Shown here piece by piece: positions 9,701-19,758 of a DNA stretch of 64,000 nucleotides. The notes beneath the pieces are model-generated. The model searched no databases. It was given only the letters and a program-made list of their open reading frames with translations, and was not told the DNA's origin. Position numbers and translations under genes: made by a program. The DNA is from an uncultured Planctomycetota bacterium (lineage in GTDB: Bacteria; Planctomycetota; Planctomycetia; Isosphaerales; Isosphaeraceae). The DNA is taken from positions 704,001 through 768,000 of the forward strand of contig CAWGMQ010000007.1 of the NCBI GenBank assembly GCA_963823665.1. The letters are read 5' to 3'. The first letter of the stretch is position 1; every line of letters starts with the position of its first letter.

Positions 9701-11393
9701 GTCAATCTCGGGATTGACGATCACCGGCGGCAACTCCAGCAACCCCGGCAGCAACGGCTACGGCGGCGGACTGGAGGTTTACGGCGCGATCACGCTGACC
9801 AACTGCACCGTCAGTGGCAACTTCGCCGCATATGGAGGTGGGGGCCTCGCCACCTATGATGGCGCGATCACGCTGACCAACTGCACGGTCAGCGGCAACT
9901 CGGCGGGCTACGGCGGTGGCCTGGACAACTCCGGCGGCGCGACGGCGCTGACCAACTGCACGGTCAGCGGCAACTCGGCGGGCTACGGCGGTGGCCTGGA
10001 CAACTCCTACGGCGCGACCACGCTGACCAACTGCACGGTTAGTGGCAACTCGGCCGACAGGGACGGCGGCGGCCTGGAAACCGACGGCGGGGCGATCACG
10101 CTGATCACTTGCAGGGTCAGCGGCAATTCGGCGGGCGAGGGCGGGGGCCTGGAGATCGCCTCAGGCATGACCACGTTGACCAACTGCACGGTCAGCGGCA
10201 ACTCGGCCTTCCAAGGCGGGGGCCTCGAGAACGTCTACGGCACGACCACGCTGACCAACTGCAAGGTCAGCGGCAACTCCGCCTCCGCGAGCGGCGGCGG
10301 CTTATTGTTATACAGCAGCGGCACGACCACGCTGATGAACTGCACGGTCAGCGGCAACTCCGCCCGCTACGGTGGGGGCCTCGAGGACCTGTACGGCACG
10401 ACCACTCTGACCAATTGCACGGTCAGCGGCAACACTTCCGTGTTTGGCGACGGCGGGGGCCTGGAAAACTACAGAGGCACAACCACGCTGACCAACTGCA
10501 CGGTCAGCGGCAACTCAGCCCCCACCGGCGGGGGCATCGAGAACGTCTACGGCACGACCACGCTGACCAACTGCACGGTCAGCGGCAACACCGCCGTTGA
10601 TGGCGGCGGCCTTTTCAACGAGGGCACACTGAACGTCTCCTCGTGCAGTATCATCAGGAACCTGGCCAGCGGCGGCAGCTTCGCTGCAGGCGGCGGCATC
10701 TTGAACAGCGGCGGGAGTCTCGCGCTCACCAACAGCACGTTCTTCGATAACACTGCCTTCGGCGGCGCCGGCGGCGATGGCATCGGCGGCGGTGTCGATC
10801 TCGAGAATAACTCGACCGCAACCATCACCAACACCGCCTTCGGGGCCAACCGGGCATTAGGCGGTGCCGGTGAGGGAGGCAACGGCGGCGATGGCATCGG
10901 CGGCGGCATCGATGTTTCCGATAACTCGACCGCGACCGTCACAACGACCACGTTCGCAGCCAACCTGGCCCAAGGCGGTGCCGGCGACGCGGGGGCCAAC
11001 GGCGGCGACGGCATCGGTGGCGCGATCGCCGTGGCCATCGGTAGCATCGCGTTCGGTAATGCGGACGCGTCGTCGATCGTCCTCACGAACTGCGCGCTGA
11101 TCGGTAACGGGGCCCAAGGGGGCCGCGGCGGCTCGGGAGCCGACGGCGGCAACGGCTCCGGCGGCGGTGCCTTCGTCGGCGCCGGCGGCTCCGCGACCCT
11201 CGTCCAGATGAATCTCATCCGGAACATGGCCATGGGCGGTCTGGCCGGCGCCGGTGCGAGCAACGGCGATGGTACAGGCGGTGGTCTCTATGTCTTCACG
11301 GGCGCGCTCGTCACCCTCAAGAAAACGACGGTCGCCGCTAACGTCGCCTCGACCAGCAACGGCAACTTCGATGGCACTGTGATCTACCTCTGA
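6792..11393 (+). CDS. Large LEPR-XLL-type adhesin-like protein with parallel beta-helix (Pmp-like) repeats, choice-of-anchor-Q-like and SLREA modules
   Basis: LLALEDRTLLS; dozens of TLTN(C/V)TVSGNSA..GGGL repeats in three blocks; two LAPLG.YGGPTQTM...TDQRG..R...DIGA modules; TSLREAIASAN. Confidence 0.88.
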   Translation: MSRKSPRGQRKDGRGTVEARNQWRIQPTLLALEDRTLLSTFTVTNTADSGTGSLPYEIGLANSNPGSNTINFSGLEFSASRTIILKGAQLELSNTSGKQMINGPAARLTVNGGRLSRVFQVDAGVTASITGITIDGGKTSTGGGGLYIDGGTTTLSDCTVSGNSAGTNGGGVLNNGGVIALDSTTVSGNSATVSGGGVYTANGTTTLTSCTVSGNSASVSGGGLYDDGGTTTLTTSTIRGNSAAKGGGGLANFGGMTTLTNVTASGNTAGANGGGLLNQGGITTLTNSTVSGNSASSDGGGLANVGGTTTLTSVTVSGNSTSSSGGGLYTSGGATTLIDVTVSGNTATASGGGLDNLGNTTALTNVTVSGNAAGTNGGGLYTSGGMTTLNDVTVSGNSATSSGGGLDNVGGTTTLNNTIVAGQKAGGDISGVVSGSFNLIGTGGSGGLLNGVDGNLVGIANPGLAPLGSYGGPTQTMPLLYGSPATGAGSDALVPAGITTDQRGSPRFFNGNVDVGAYELQVVIVPSFVVNITADYSDPTDGNTSLREAIASANALPGHTITFDPTVFASAQTITLAGLQLDLSDTSGTETITAPAAGLTVSGGGLSRVFQVDASATAFLAGLTIIGGSAGSGGGLYNDGGKTTLTNVTVSGNSAGTNGGGLLSQGGTTTLINVTVSGNTAGADGGGLSSQGSTTTLTNVTVSGNSASAIGGGLHASGGTTTLTNVTVSGNSASVSGGGLYVSGGTTTLTNVTVSGNSAAVSGGGLFNQGSATTLTNTIVAGQTAGGDISGAVLGSFNLIGTGGSGGLTNGVAGNIVGVADPGLAPLGGYGGPTQTMALLNGSAAINAGTTGAGIPPTDQRGFGRQGAVDIGAFQVGSEVVNTAAGGVLASPGQLTLPQAVNLANVLPGAQTILFDNTVFKTPQTITLSGTQLELSNTSGTETITGPAAGLTVSGGGLSRVFQVDAPVAASISGLTITGGNSSNPGSNGYGGGLEVYGAITLTNCTVSGNFAAYGGGGLATYDGAITLTNCTVSGNSAGYGGGLDNSGGATALTNCTVSGNSAGYGGGLDNSYGATTLTNCTVSGNSADRDGGGLETDGGAITLITCRVSGNSAGEGGGLEIASGMTTLTNCTVSGNSAFQGGGLENVYGTTTLTNCKVSGNSASASGGGLLLYSSGTTTLMNCTVSGNSARYGGGLEDLYGTTTLTNCTVSGNTSVFGDGGGLENYRGTTTLTNCTVSGNSAPTGGGIENVYGTTTLTNCTVSGNTAVDGGGLFNEGTLNVSSCSIIRNLASGGSFAAGGGILNSGGSLALTNSTFFDNTAFGGAGGDGIGGGVDLENNSTATITNTAFGANRALGGAGEGGNGGDGIGGGIDVSDNSTATVTTTTFAANLAQGGAGDAGANGGDGIGGAIAVAIGSIAFGNADASSIVLTNCALIGNGAQGGRGGSGADGGNGSGGGAFVGAGGSATLVQMNLIRNMAMGGLAGAGASNGDGTGGGLYVFTGALVTLKKTTVAANVASTSNGNFDGTVIYL

Positions 11394-11635
11394 GTAACTC
11401 CCTCACGCATCGTATCGGGATGATCCGCAAATTTTCAAAGATTCACCACTTTTATTGTACCGTCAGGAGCAGGTCGCGCGGTTAAAGGCGTATGGACGCC
11501 CAGCAGAGGTCTCACAAGGCGGGCGTGACGGGTGTGAATGGGCTCGAAGCATCCAGCTCCGGCGATCGATCCGCGCCGGGCGAAACTGATTTTTTTCACG
11601 CGGATCGGTTCTTTGCGAGAATGGTATGCATCATC

Positions 11636-13492
11636 ATGTTTGCACCTTTGTATCGTCGGTCGACAACGGGCTCTCCGACTCGGTCGCGGCGCCCTGGATC
11701 AAAACCCATCCGTTCGCGGCGCTCGGTCCTGCCGCGATTGGAAGTCATGGAGGACCGCAAGCTGCTCAGCACATTCGTGGTGAGCAGCTTGGGTGACAGC
11801 GGCCCCCACTCGCTGCGGGCGGGCATCCAGTCCGGCGATGCGACCATCGCATTCGCGCCTGGGCTGCGCGGGACAATCACGCTGAACAGCGAACTGCAGA
11901 TCAACCAGAGCGTGACCATCGACGGCCCCGGGGCAAACGAGCTGTCTGTGAGCGGCAACAACTCGGGCCGCGTTTTCGAGATCGAGGCGGGCCAGGTGTC
12001 CATCTCCGGCCTGACGATCACCGACGGTCAGGAAGTCGCCGCCAACGGGGGCGGAATTCTCGTCGACGCGGGCGCTACCCTGAATCTTGCTCAGGTCGTC
12101 GTGGCCGGCAACAGTGCGCACGCCGACTCCGCGGGCAATTACGGCAACGGCGGCGGCGTCGAGAATGACGGCAGCCTCACCGTCACGGAATCCCTGTTCA
12201 CGCACAACGTGGCCTCCGGCGGCGAATACGCCGCTCCCATCACCGGCCCCATCACGGAGGGTTCCGCCGGCGGAGCCATCGATAGCCAGGGGCCTTCGCT
12301 GACCGTGAACGACAGTGAATTCGCCGGTAATGAAGCGGTCGGCCCCTCGACGGGGACTGGTGAAGGCAATGGCGGCGCCATCAACAGCAGTTCCGCCGCG
12401 ACCATTACCTACGCCACGTTCAATGGCGACGAGGCGCTCGGCAGGACCACCAACGGCGGCGCCCTGAGCACGGGCGAGAACGAAACCTTCGCCGCGCCAT
12501 CGCTTGCCATCAGCAACTGCACGTTCACCGGCAACGAGGCTGTCGGGGCGAGCGGAGCCAACAACTCCGCCGCGCTGTTCGGTGGTGAGGCTTTAGGCGG
12601 CGCCGTCGCCAATGCCGGCCCGCTGACCATCGCGAGCAGCACGTTTACCGACAACACGGCCGAGGGCGGCGACCAGGGCGAAAACGTCGGCGGCCTTGAC
12701 CCCAACCCGGTCCTTGGCGAGGCATGGGGCGGCGGCCTGGTCAACTTTGCCAGCGTGCTTTCGATAACCAACACGGTCTTTAGCGGCAACCAGGCCATCG
12801 GCGGCAACTCCGCCACCGGCCCCGGAGCTCCGGCCGCGGGCGGCGGCCTCGCCGCGGAGATCTTTGCGGATACGACCCTCACCGGGGTTAGCTTCTTCGG
12901 CAACCAGGCGATCGGCGGCAGCGGCGGCGGCAGCAGCCCCGGATATCCCGGCACGGGCGGCAGCGGGTTCGGCGGCGGCTTCTACAATGGCGTTGACTCA
13001 AGCGCCACAGTCTCGGATGCCCTCTTCAGTGGTAACCTGGCCAAGGGTGGTTCCGGCGGATCGGGGGCCGCGGGCGGTGTCGGCGCGGGTGGCGCGATCG
13101 CCAATGGAGGCGGCACCGGCGCATTCGAGGTGGTTTTCTTGGGTCTCGGTACGGACACGTCGAGCGTCTCCCTCGCCGCCAGTACGCTGGTCTTCAACAC
13201 GGCCCAGGGGGGCGCGGGTGGCTCCGATAGCGACGGCGGCGACGGCTCCGGTGGCGGCCTCTACGTGCTCGGCACCACCACCGCGTCGGTCGATGCCGCG
13301 CTCATCACGTTCGACGCGGCGATCGGCGGCGCCTCCGGCGCGGGCTCAGGCGGCTCGAGCGGCCAGGGCTCAGGCGGCGGCCTCTACATCGACACAGGTG
13401 CCGGCGTTGTGCTCAGCAAGTCGAGCAAGGTCCGTTTCAACTTTGCGTCGACGAGCGCTGACGACATCTTCGGCGGCTACACGACAAGCTGA
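11636..13492 (+). CDS. Planctomycete extracellular Gly-rich beta-helix protein, close paralog of 4251-6104
   Basis: Colinear and highly similar to 4251-6104 along its whole length, including the 5' leader DNA. Confidence 0.85.
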   Translation: MFAPLYRRSTTGSPTRSRRPGSKPIRSRRSVLPRLEVMEDRKLLSTFVVSSLGDSGPHSLRAGIQSGDATIAFAPGLRGTITLNSELQINQSVTIDGPGANELSVSGNNSGRVFEIEAGQVSISGLTITDGQEVAANGGGILVDAGATLNLAQVVVAGNSAHADSAGNYGNGGGVENDGSLTVTESLFTHNVASGGEYAAPITGPITEGSAGGAIDSQGPSLTVNDSEFAGNEAVGPSTGTGEGNGGAINSSSAATITYATFNGDEALGRTTNGGALSTGENETFAAPSLAISNCTFTGNEAVGASGANNSAALFGGEALGGAVANAGPLTIASSTFTDNTAEGGDQGENVGGLDPNPVLGEAWGGGLVNFASVLSITNTVFSGNQAIGGNSATGPGAPAAGGGLAAEIFADTTLTGVSFFGNQAIGGSGGGSSPGYPGTGGSGFGGGFYNGVDSSATVSDALFSGNLAKGGSGGSGAAGGVGAGGAIANGGGTGAFEVVFLGLGTDTSSVSLAASTLVFNTAQGGAGGSDSDGGDGSGGGLYVLGTTTASVDAALITFDAAIGGASGAGSGGSSGQGSGGGLYIDTGAGVVLSKSSKVRFNFASTSADDIFGGYTTS

Positions 13493-13540
13493 GTACCACG
13501 CTTCTTGACAACCCGCCGCGTGCCGTGACACGGGAAACGA

Positions 13541-13570
13541 AAGCGGCCGGCGTGCCCACGCCGGCCGCTT
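13541..13570. terminator. Bidirectional terminator-like hairpin between convergent genes
   Basis: AAGCGGCCGGCGTG-cc-CACGCCGGCCGCTT perfect inverted repeat. Confidence 0.7.
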
Positions 13571-13623
13571 AAAACGCCCCGATCCTTGCATCGGATCGAG
13601 ACAGCCTCATCGGACAAAAGTGC

Positions 13624-15361
13624 TCAATCCTTCTTGCTTTCATCACCCCCCAGCGTCAATCTCTTGTTCACGGCCTTTTCTCCAGCCTGGGTCTCCGACA
13701 CCAGCTTCCCAAGCATCGTCTGCTCAAACCCCTTGAGGTCCGTCCAGAGCGTGCCCGGCCCCGCGTAAAAGATCCCGACTCGCAGGTCCTGCGGCAGTCC
13801 CTCGGCGAAAATATAGCGTTCATAAGAGCTCGGGCCGCCGATCGCCTTTACCAGAAGCTGCACGCGCTCGGCCTTTGCCTCTTTCGCCAGCTTGGTCGAC
13901 TCCGCTTTCGCCTCTCCCAGCGTTCGGGTTGCCTGCGCCTCGATCGCCGCGGTCTTGGCGTCGATCTCTGCCCGGAGCTTCTCGGTCATCGCCTCGATTT
14001 CCTTGGCTTTCTTCTCTCCTTCCGCTTCAACCTGGGCCACCATCTTCTCGGTCTCGGCCATTGTCCGCTTCTCCTCGAACACCACCTTGGCCTTCGACTC
14101 CGTCAGATCCGCCTGGGCCTTTGCGGTAAGCTGCTCCTGCTCGCGCGTCTTGGTCAGCTCGTCGGCGATCTTGGCCTTTTGGATCGGCTCGCGAACCGCC
14201 TTCGGCACATAAATGTGCCGCGTCAGACCAAACAGGAGCGACAGGTTCTTGGCCGTCAAGACCCGTTCGAGCTCGGCCGCCGTCGAGTTCTGAAATTGCT
14301 CGCGCGTGTCGCCCACCAGAAGATCGACCGCGCCTCGACGTGACCCGTGCATCCGGCAGATCGACTCGATCTGCGGCAAAATCACCTTGTGCTCCACGTC
14401 CTTGAGCGTGCCGAACTGCCGCAGCACGTTGGGCGCCTGCTCGGGAAGAATCCCCCAGATCGCCGTGTAGTCGAGGTGAATTGGAAACCCGTCGCTGGAG
14501 GGAAACTCGATGCCCTTGCCGGCCACGTATTTCGGATCGTCCGCCGTCGAGGTCCCCAGCCGGTCTGTGTTCATCGCGCGCGCCGGATCGGATGCCGCCT
14601 TACCCGAGGCAGGCGCCTTGACCTGCTCGGTGTCCCGCGCTTCCACCGTGAGGCTCGTCTCGGAATAGCCGATGCTCACGATGTCGATCCGCTTCTCCTC
14701 CGGATTCAGAAAGTAGATGCCGGGTTGAAGGATCTGTTCCTGAATGCCGCGCTCGACACCCGTCGCCGGATCGCTCGCCTTGTTCGTCACCACGCCAACA
14801 TAGCCGGGCGGAATGAGCGTGGGATCGTCGGCCTTGTGCTCCACCCGCGTGCTCGCCTCCGCGCAGGCATCCGCATCCACAATCTTGACTTCATACGCAT
14901 AAGAATTGATCCGGTAGCGGCCCGGCGTGAGCACCTTGCGGAGGATCCCCCGATATCCCCTCTCGTCCACCAGGTATGTACCCTCAGGAAGCGGCTTGCC
15001 GATCTTCGAAACCACCACGCCCAGCTTACCCGGTTTGATGACCTTGTCCGCGATGATGTCGGTTTCGTATTCCAGCGGAGAGTAAAAATGCCGTCCGGGC
15101 CCGGGCATGTCCTCGAGAATGCCAACCTGGACCGGGCGTCCGGCCGCGGCCGTTTTCACCAGCGTTCCCTCTGGCGCCTGAGTGCTCGCGCCAAACGGCC
15201 AGGGGCCCCTTGTAGCGCACGAGCAGGCTCGACCCCGCAGGAACCTCGATGCGGCAGATCATCCATTGCCAGACCCCGAAATAACCAAAGAGCACCAGGC
15301 AAACGAGCGCGAGCGCGGCCTTGGCCGCAGTTCCCACCGCCGAAAATCGAAACGTATTCAT
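13624..15361 (-). CDS. SPFH/band 7 domain membrane protein B (frameshift ~15180)
   Basis: N-terminal TM (ORF 15026-15361) joins ORF 13624-15159; IEFPSSDGFPIHLDYT SPFH core; long Ala/Glu/Lys coiled coil. Confidence 0.8.
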
Positions 15362-17067
15362 GGCTTGCTCTCCTTCGCGGCGACGGCCTTTGTTTCGGAA
15401 GGCTCTGGCCTGCCTGGCTTACGATGCCCGCCATCGGTGTCACGGCTGCCGGAATTGCGCCTGTCGCGTCCACGGGCTCGCCCGCCTTTTTCTGGGTCAA
15501 CGAGCGCGGTGTTTCTGTTCGCCCGGGTGAACTGGCTGAAAAGCTCCATGAGCGGGCCCTCCGAATTGCCCAGAATGGTGCGGAACGACGGAGCGATCTT
15601 GGCCAGAAGCATGTTTCGGGCCATGGCCGCGCCGTCGCCGTCAAACGCCGCTGACCTGCGCCTTGAGCCCCGCCGCCTCCGCCGCGTTGTCAAACTTGAC
15701 CACGTCGGCATCAGCCTGCGCCTTGGCCAGCACCGCCGAGGCTTTGTCTTTCGCGCCTCGAGCTGAGTCTGGGCAACGGTGAGCTTCTGCTCGGCCAGCG
15801 TCACGGCGACTTTCTGTTTCTCTTCGGACTTGGTGGTCTTCTCGACCACCTCCTGTTCGGCCTCGACCACCCGCTTCTTCTGCTCGGCCAGCACGACCTC
15901 GACTTTCAATTTCGCTTCCGAGAGCTGCTGGATCTTCTCGCGCTTGAACTGCGCCAGCTTCTGCTTGGCGACCTCGCGCTGCTGCACGGGCTGCGCGATG
16001 TCCTCCGGCGGCTGGATCGACGTGATCGCCACGGCAAGGATCTCGATGCCCTGCTTCTGGCAGTTCTCGGTGAGGCTCTTGACCAGGTCGGTCTGGAACT
16101 TCTCGCGGTCCTCGCCGCTGATGAACTGCCCGCCGGAAAGCTTCGACCCGCCGATCCGGCACAGCGACCGGCTCTCCGGTGTGATGATCTTGTTGATGAT
16201 CTCCTCATCGATCGCATCGCCGTTGGCCGTCTCGTTGTACTTGACGAACATCTCGGCGACCTTCTCGGGCAGGACCCGAAATTCGACCACGCCGTCCAGC
16301 GTGATCGGGAACCCGTCGGCCGACAGGAAGTTCATCTCGGCGTCCTGTCCCAGGTTGAACCGGCGCGACCGGCAGTCGACCTGGCTCACCCGCGTCTCAT
16401 ACGGATTCAGGTAATATGTGCCCGGCTCGAGCGTCGTGCGCTGCACTCCGCGCTCGCCGTCTTCGACCAGGAACACGTTCGGTTTCGTCGAAAGCGGCCC
16501 GGCAAGCCGCGTCACGACGCCGCGCAGCCCGGCGGGAATGGTCACGGGATCGTGCAGCTCGATCAGCTCGGCATACGGGTTATAAGGATATCTTCCCGGT
16601 TTGAGCACCTCACGCAAGATTCCCTTCTGCCCCGGCTCTGCCAGAATCTGCGCCCGGCGGCAGGTCTTCGCCGGCGAGCGATACGCGGATGCCGATCTTG
16701 TCGGCCGGCACCACGAACTGAGGCATGATCTCCCATGACCAGAGGTAAGGGTTGTAGAAATACCGCCCCTCGGTCAAAACGCCATTGTTCGGCCCGCCGG
16801 TCTGAACACCCTTATAGTAGTATTTGCCGTCTTTCGGGGGCGGGGCCAGTTCCATGTCGGGCTCGAGCTCGAGCCCCTCACGGCGAATGAGCACAGCCTG
16901 CTCTCCGGTGCCCACTTCGATCTTGCAGACGTTGTACCCGGCCATCACAAGCCCAAGGCACACGAGAACAAACCCCAGCCAAACGCCGCTCTGCCCCACG
17001 CCCACCGCCGTGGTGGCGGCGGCGGTCGCCGGGTTCGTAACCAACGTTCATCGTCGTTCGCGTCCAT
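15358..17067 (-). CDS. SPFH/band 7 domain membrane protein A (several frameshifts; start approximate)
   Basis: TM segment, MNFLSADGFPITLDGVVEFRV SPFH core, coiled coil; pieces in ORFs 16610-17044, 15358-16617 and 15641-16162; stop overlaps the start of gene B. Confidence 0.78.
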
Positions 17068-17261
17068 CAGTTAACCCCCGAAGTAAGCGTAGGCTCGAAA
17101 GTTGCCGTCTCTTTTCGCTGTTTCTCGACAGTCCGTTCGTCACAGTCCGAGGTTTATTCGGAACGATCCAGAGCGAGTGGGATTGATGTTGTGCGCGATC
17201 GCAAAGCGCGCGAAGCATGTGACCACGCACGTAAGATCGGTCCCCGCGGGCCGATGAAGGC

Positions 17262-18182
17262 TCAATCCTGCACAAGCGGTGCGCCTTTCGGCAGGATGAA
17301 CGGCAGCCGTCGTGGCAACACCCGAAAATCAAACGACGACGCGACGATCGGCTCGCCATCGAGGTTCATCGGCATCGGCTCGTCGGCTTCGATTCGAAAC
17401 GATTCGAGCTGCCGGTAAACCGCGAAGCGGTTTTCATCGGCGCCCAGGTTGAAAAGCTCGCTGATCAACACGCCGAATTCGAACATTTCGAAGTCGACGA
17501 TCATCATCAGGTCGAGCAGCCCGTCGTTCAGAAGGGCTCTAGGAGTCACCTGGAAGCCGCCTCCGGCGCAGCGGCCGTTGCCGACGGCCATCGCGATGAT
17601 CGCCCCGTGATGCTCGGTTTCCGGCGTGACGAACTTGCCGCGATAGGGCAAGAAGCTCGGCGCGTGCACCAACCCCATGAGCGAATAGGCCGCACCTCCC
17701 AGAATCTCTTTCAATCCGGGCGGAGTCTCGGCCGTGACGCGTGCTCCAAACCCGCCACTGGCCACGTTGATGAAGGTACGATCGTTCACCTTCCCCACGT
17801 CGATCGGCGTGGCCTCACCTGCGGCCGCGAGCTCGAGCGCGGCCAGCGGGTCGCCGATCGGTATCCCGCACCCCGCAGCGAAATCGTTGGCCGTGCCGAA
17901 GGGAACCACCGCAACCGCGGTTGTGCATGAATCCGGCGCGGTCAAGAGCCCGCTCACCACCTCGCTCACTGTCCCATCACCGCCAGCGGCCACCAAGACA
18001 TCCACGCCGTCCTCCGCCCCTTGCGCAGCCAGCCGCGCGGCATCCCCAGCCTGCGCGGTCACGCGCAGCTCGAGCGAAAAGCCGCGGTCGCGCATGGCCG
18101 CGACGGCGGCGCGTAGATCAGGAGCGCCCGCTGCCTTGCCGTTCACCACAAGCAGCAGTGTACGGTTCTTTCCCGAAGCCAT
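17262..18182 (-). CDS. yegS: YegS-like lipid kinase (diacylglycerol kinase family)
   Basis: VNGKA, AAGGDGTVSEV, PFGTANDFA, NGRCAGGG, NLDGE motifs. Confidence 0.85.
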   Translation of the reverse strand: MASGKNRTLLLVVNGKAAGAPDLRAAVAAMRDRGFSLELRVTAQAGDAARLAAQGAEDGVDVLVAAGGDGTVSEVVSGLLTAPDSCTTAVAVVPFGTANDFAAGCGIPIGDPLAALELAAAGEATPIDVGKVNDRTFINVASGGFGARVTAETPPGLKEILGGAAYSLMGLVHAPSFLPYRGKFVTPETEHHGAIIAMAVGNGRCAGGGFQVTPRALLNDGLLDLMMIVDFEMFEFGVLISELFNLGADENRFAVYRQLESFRIEADEPMPMNLDGEPIVASSFDFRVLPRRLPFILPKGAPLVQD

Positions 18183-18233
18183 TCGTCGAGCACCCGTAGA
18201 TCGTTCCAGAATGGCACGATTTGGCGTTAAAGA

Positions 18234-18521
18234 CTAGTTGAGCCTCTCATCCACCTGCCGCTGAAGCGCGTCGACCCAGGGAATGAGCGCCCCCAACTGT
18301 CGTTCGTGGATCTTGCGACGCAACCGCGCTACCTGATCACTCAGCTCGCGCAGCTCAACCCGGATGTCTTCCGGACACCCCGGCGAGACTTTGCGGCCTT
18401 TCAGCAGGGAATGCGCGCTGTGGGCCAGCTCGCGGACTTTCGTGCTAAGATTGGGAGCACTCGACCACGAGAGGTCCTGAGCCACAAAGTCGCTTGAGCT
18501 TTGAGGTTGTGAATTTGCCAT
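18234..18521 (-). CDS. Hypothetical small helical protein
   Basis: GGAGAAG RBS before ATG; 95-aa ORF with coiled-coil-like C-terminus. Confidence 0.5.
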   Translation of the reverse strand: MANSQPQSSSDFVAQDLSWSSAPNLSTKVRELAHSAHSLLKGRKVSPGCPEDIRVELRELSDQVARLRRKIHERQLGALIPWVDALQRQVDERLN

Positions 18522-18745
18522 CGATACTTCTCCGGCGGCCCTGTCCTGTGAGCTTGGCGCGGGCACTGAGCGAGCCAACGATCGCCCTCACTCTACTCAT
18601 ACGTACGTCGCCCCAAATCTTGTCAAAATAATTTGAGTCGGAAGTCGACTCAGTAGGTCCCCACGCCGGCGAAAACCAGGGGACGCGCGACGACGCAAAG
18701 CCCCCATTTTGTACTTTCACGCCGCTCGGGTGGGAACGCGGTTCC

Positions 18746-19579
18746 TCAGCCCACCGTCGACCACGCCCCGGTGACGGGTACAAACGTCACCTGCGCGTTG
18801 GCCGCGGAAGCCTCCCGTTCCAACCGTTCCGCAAGCGTTTCCACCTGAACCTCCTCCGCGGTTGCCACGCCGAACTTCTCCATCCGCGGCAGCATGCTGC
18901 GAACGATCTCCGCGCTGTTCTCGCAGGAGGGTCGTGCGTCGGGCCCTCCGGCCACGGTCACGTGCTGCAAGAGCATCGGTCCCGGCAGTCCGGCCTGCCG
19001 AAAGAGGTGATAAAGCTTGCCGCCGATGTCGTGATGCACGCCGCCGCGACGGAATGTTTCGCGCATCCAGTGCGAGACCTTCTCGTAGAGTTGAACCGTC
19101 GGCCAGGCAGTGATGCCCGGCCCGAAATCGGGCTCTTGTACGACAACCAATCCTCCCTGCCGCACTGCGCGAGCGACACTCGCGAGCGTAGCGACCGGAT
19201 CGGCCTGATACATGAGCACAAATCGGCTCACGACCGCATCATACGGCTCGGTCGGCGTGACGTGGTCAATCTCGCTCTCCTCGAAAGTGACGTTGGTCAA
19301 ACCATTTTCCTTGGCCCGCCGTCGCGCCAGAGCGAGCACACCCGGATCGCGGTCCACGCCGACAACCGATCCCGTCGCGCCCACGAGTTCGGCCGCCAGG
19401 AAGCTCACATCGCCGGCCCCGCAGCCGATGTCGAGAACGCGCATGCCAGGGGCAATGCCGGCCTTCCGGAAGATGCGCTCCGTCGACTGCCTGACAAGCA
19501 ACGACTGCTTCACAAGTCTTTGAGCTTCCTGTTCTGACCGGCCCAGAACGTATTCCGGTGGGGCGGGTTGCATGGCCAT
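18746..19579 (-). CDS. Class I SAM-dependent methyltransferase
   Basis: GMRVLDIGCGAGDVS motif I, YDAVVSRFVLMY. Confidence 0.9.
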   Translation of the reverse strand: MAMQPAPPEYVLGRSEQEAQRLVKQSLLVRQSTERIFRKAGIAPGMRVLDIGCGAGDVSFLAAELVGATGSVVGVDRDPGVLALARRRAKENGLTNVTFEESEIDHVTPTEPYDAVVSRFVLMYQADPVATLASVARAVRQGGLVVVQEPDFGPGITAWPTVQLYEKVSHWMRETFRRGGVHHDIGGKLYHLFRQAGLPGPMLLQHVTVAGGPDARPSCENSAEIVRSMLPRMEKFGVATAEEVQVETLAERLEREASAANAQVTFVPVTGAWSTVG

Positions 19580-19758
19580 TGCTCTTCTCCGGAATCCAGC
19601 CAAGCGTGTACTGGCACAAGTGGATCAGTCTACCACGAGTGGACCCGGTCTTCCGATGCATCCGGCGCGAGATCGAATCGACGCAACGACTCCGGGTACG
19701 CTCTGGCCGTCGTGCGGCCGACCCTGATATCCTCGTGAAAACCCCCTGGAGCCCAATC

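Noticed and set aside
7240..10600. Regular ~75-bp repeats resembling a CRISPR array or DGR
   Set aside because: They are in-frame coding beta-helix repeats with codon-level variation; no cas or reverse transcriptase genes are present.
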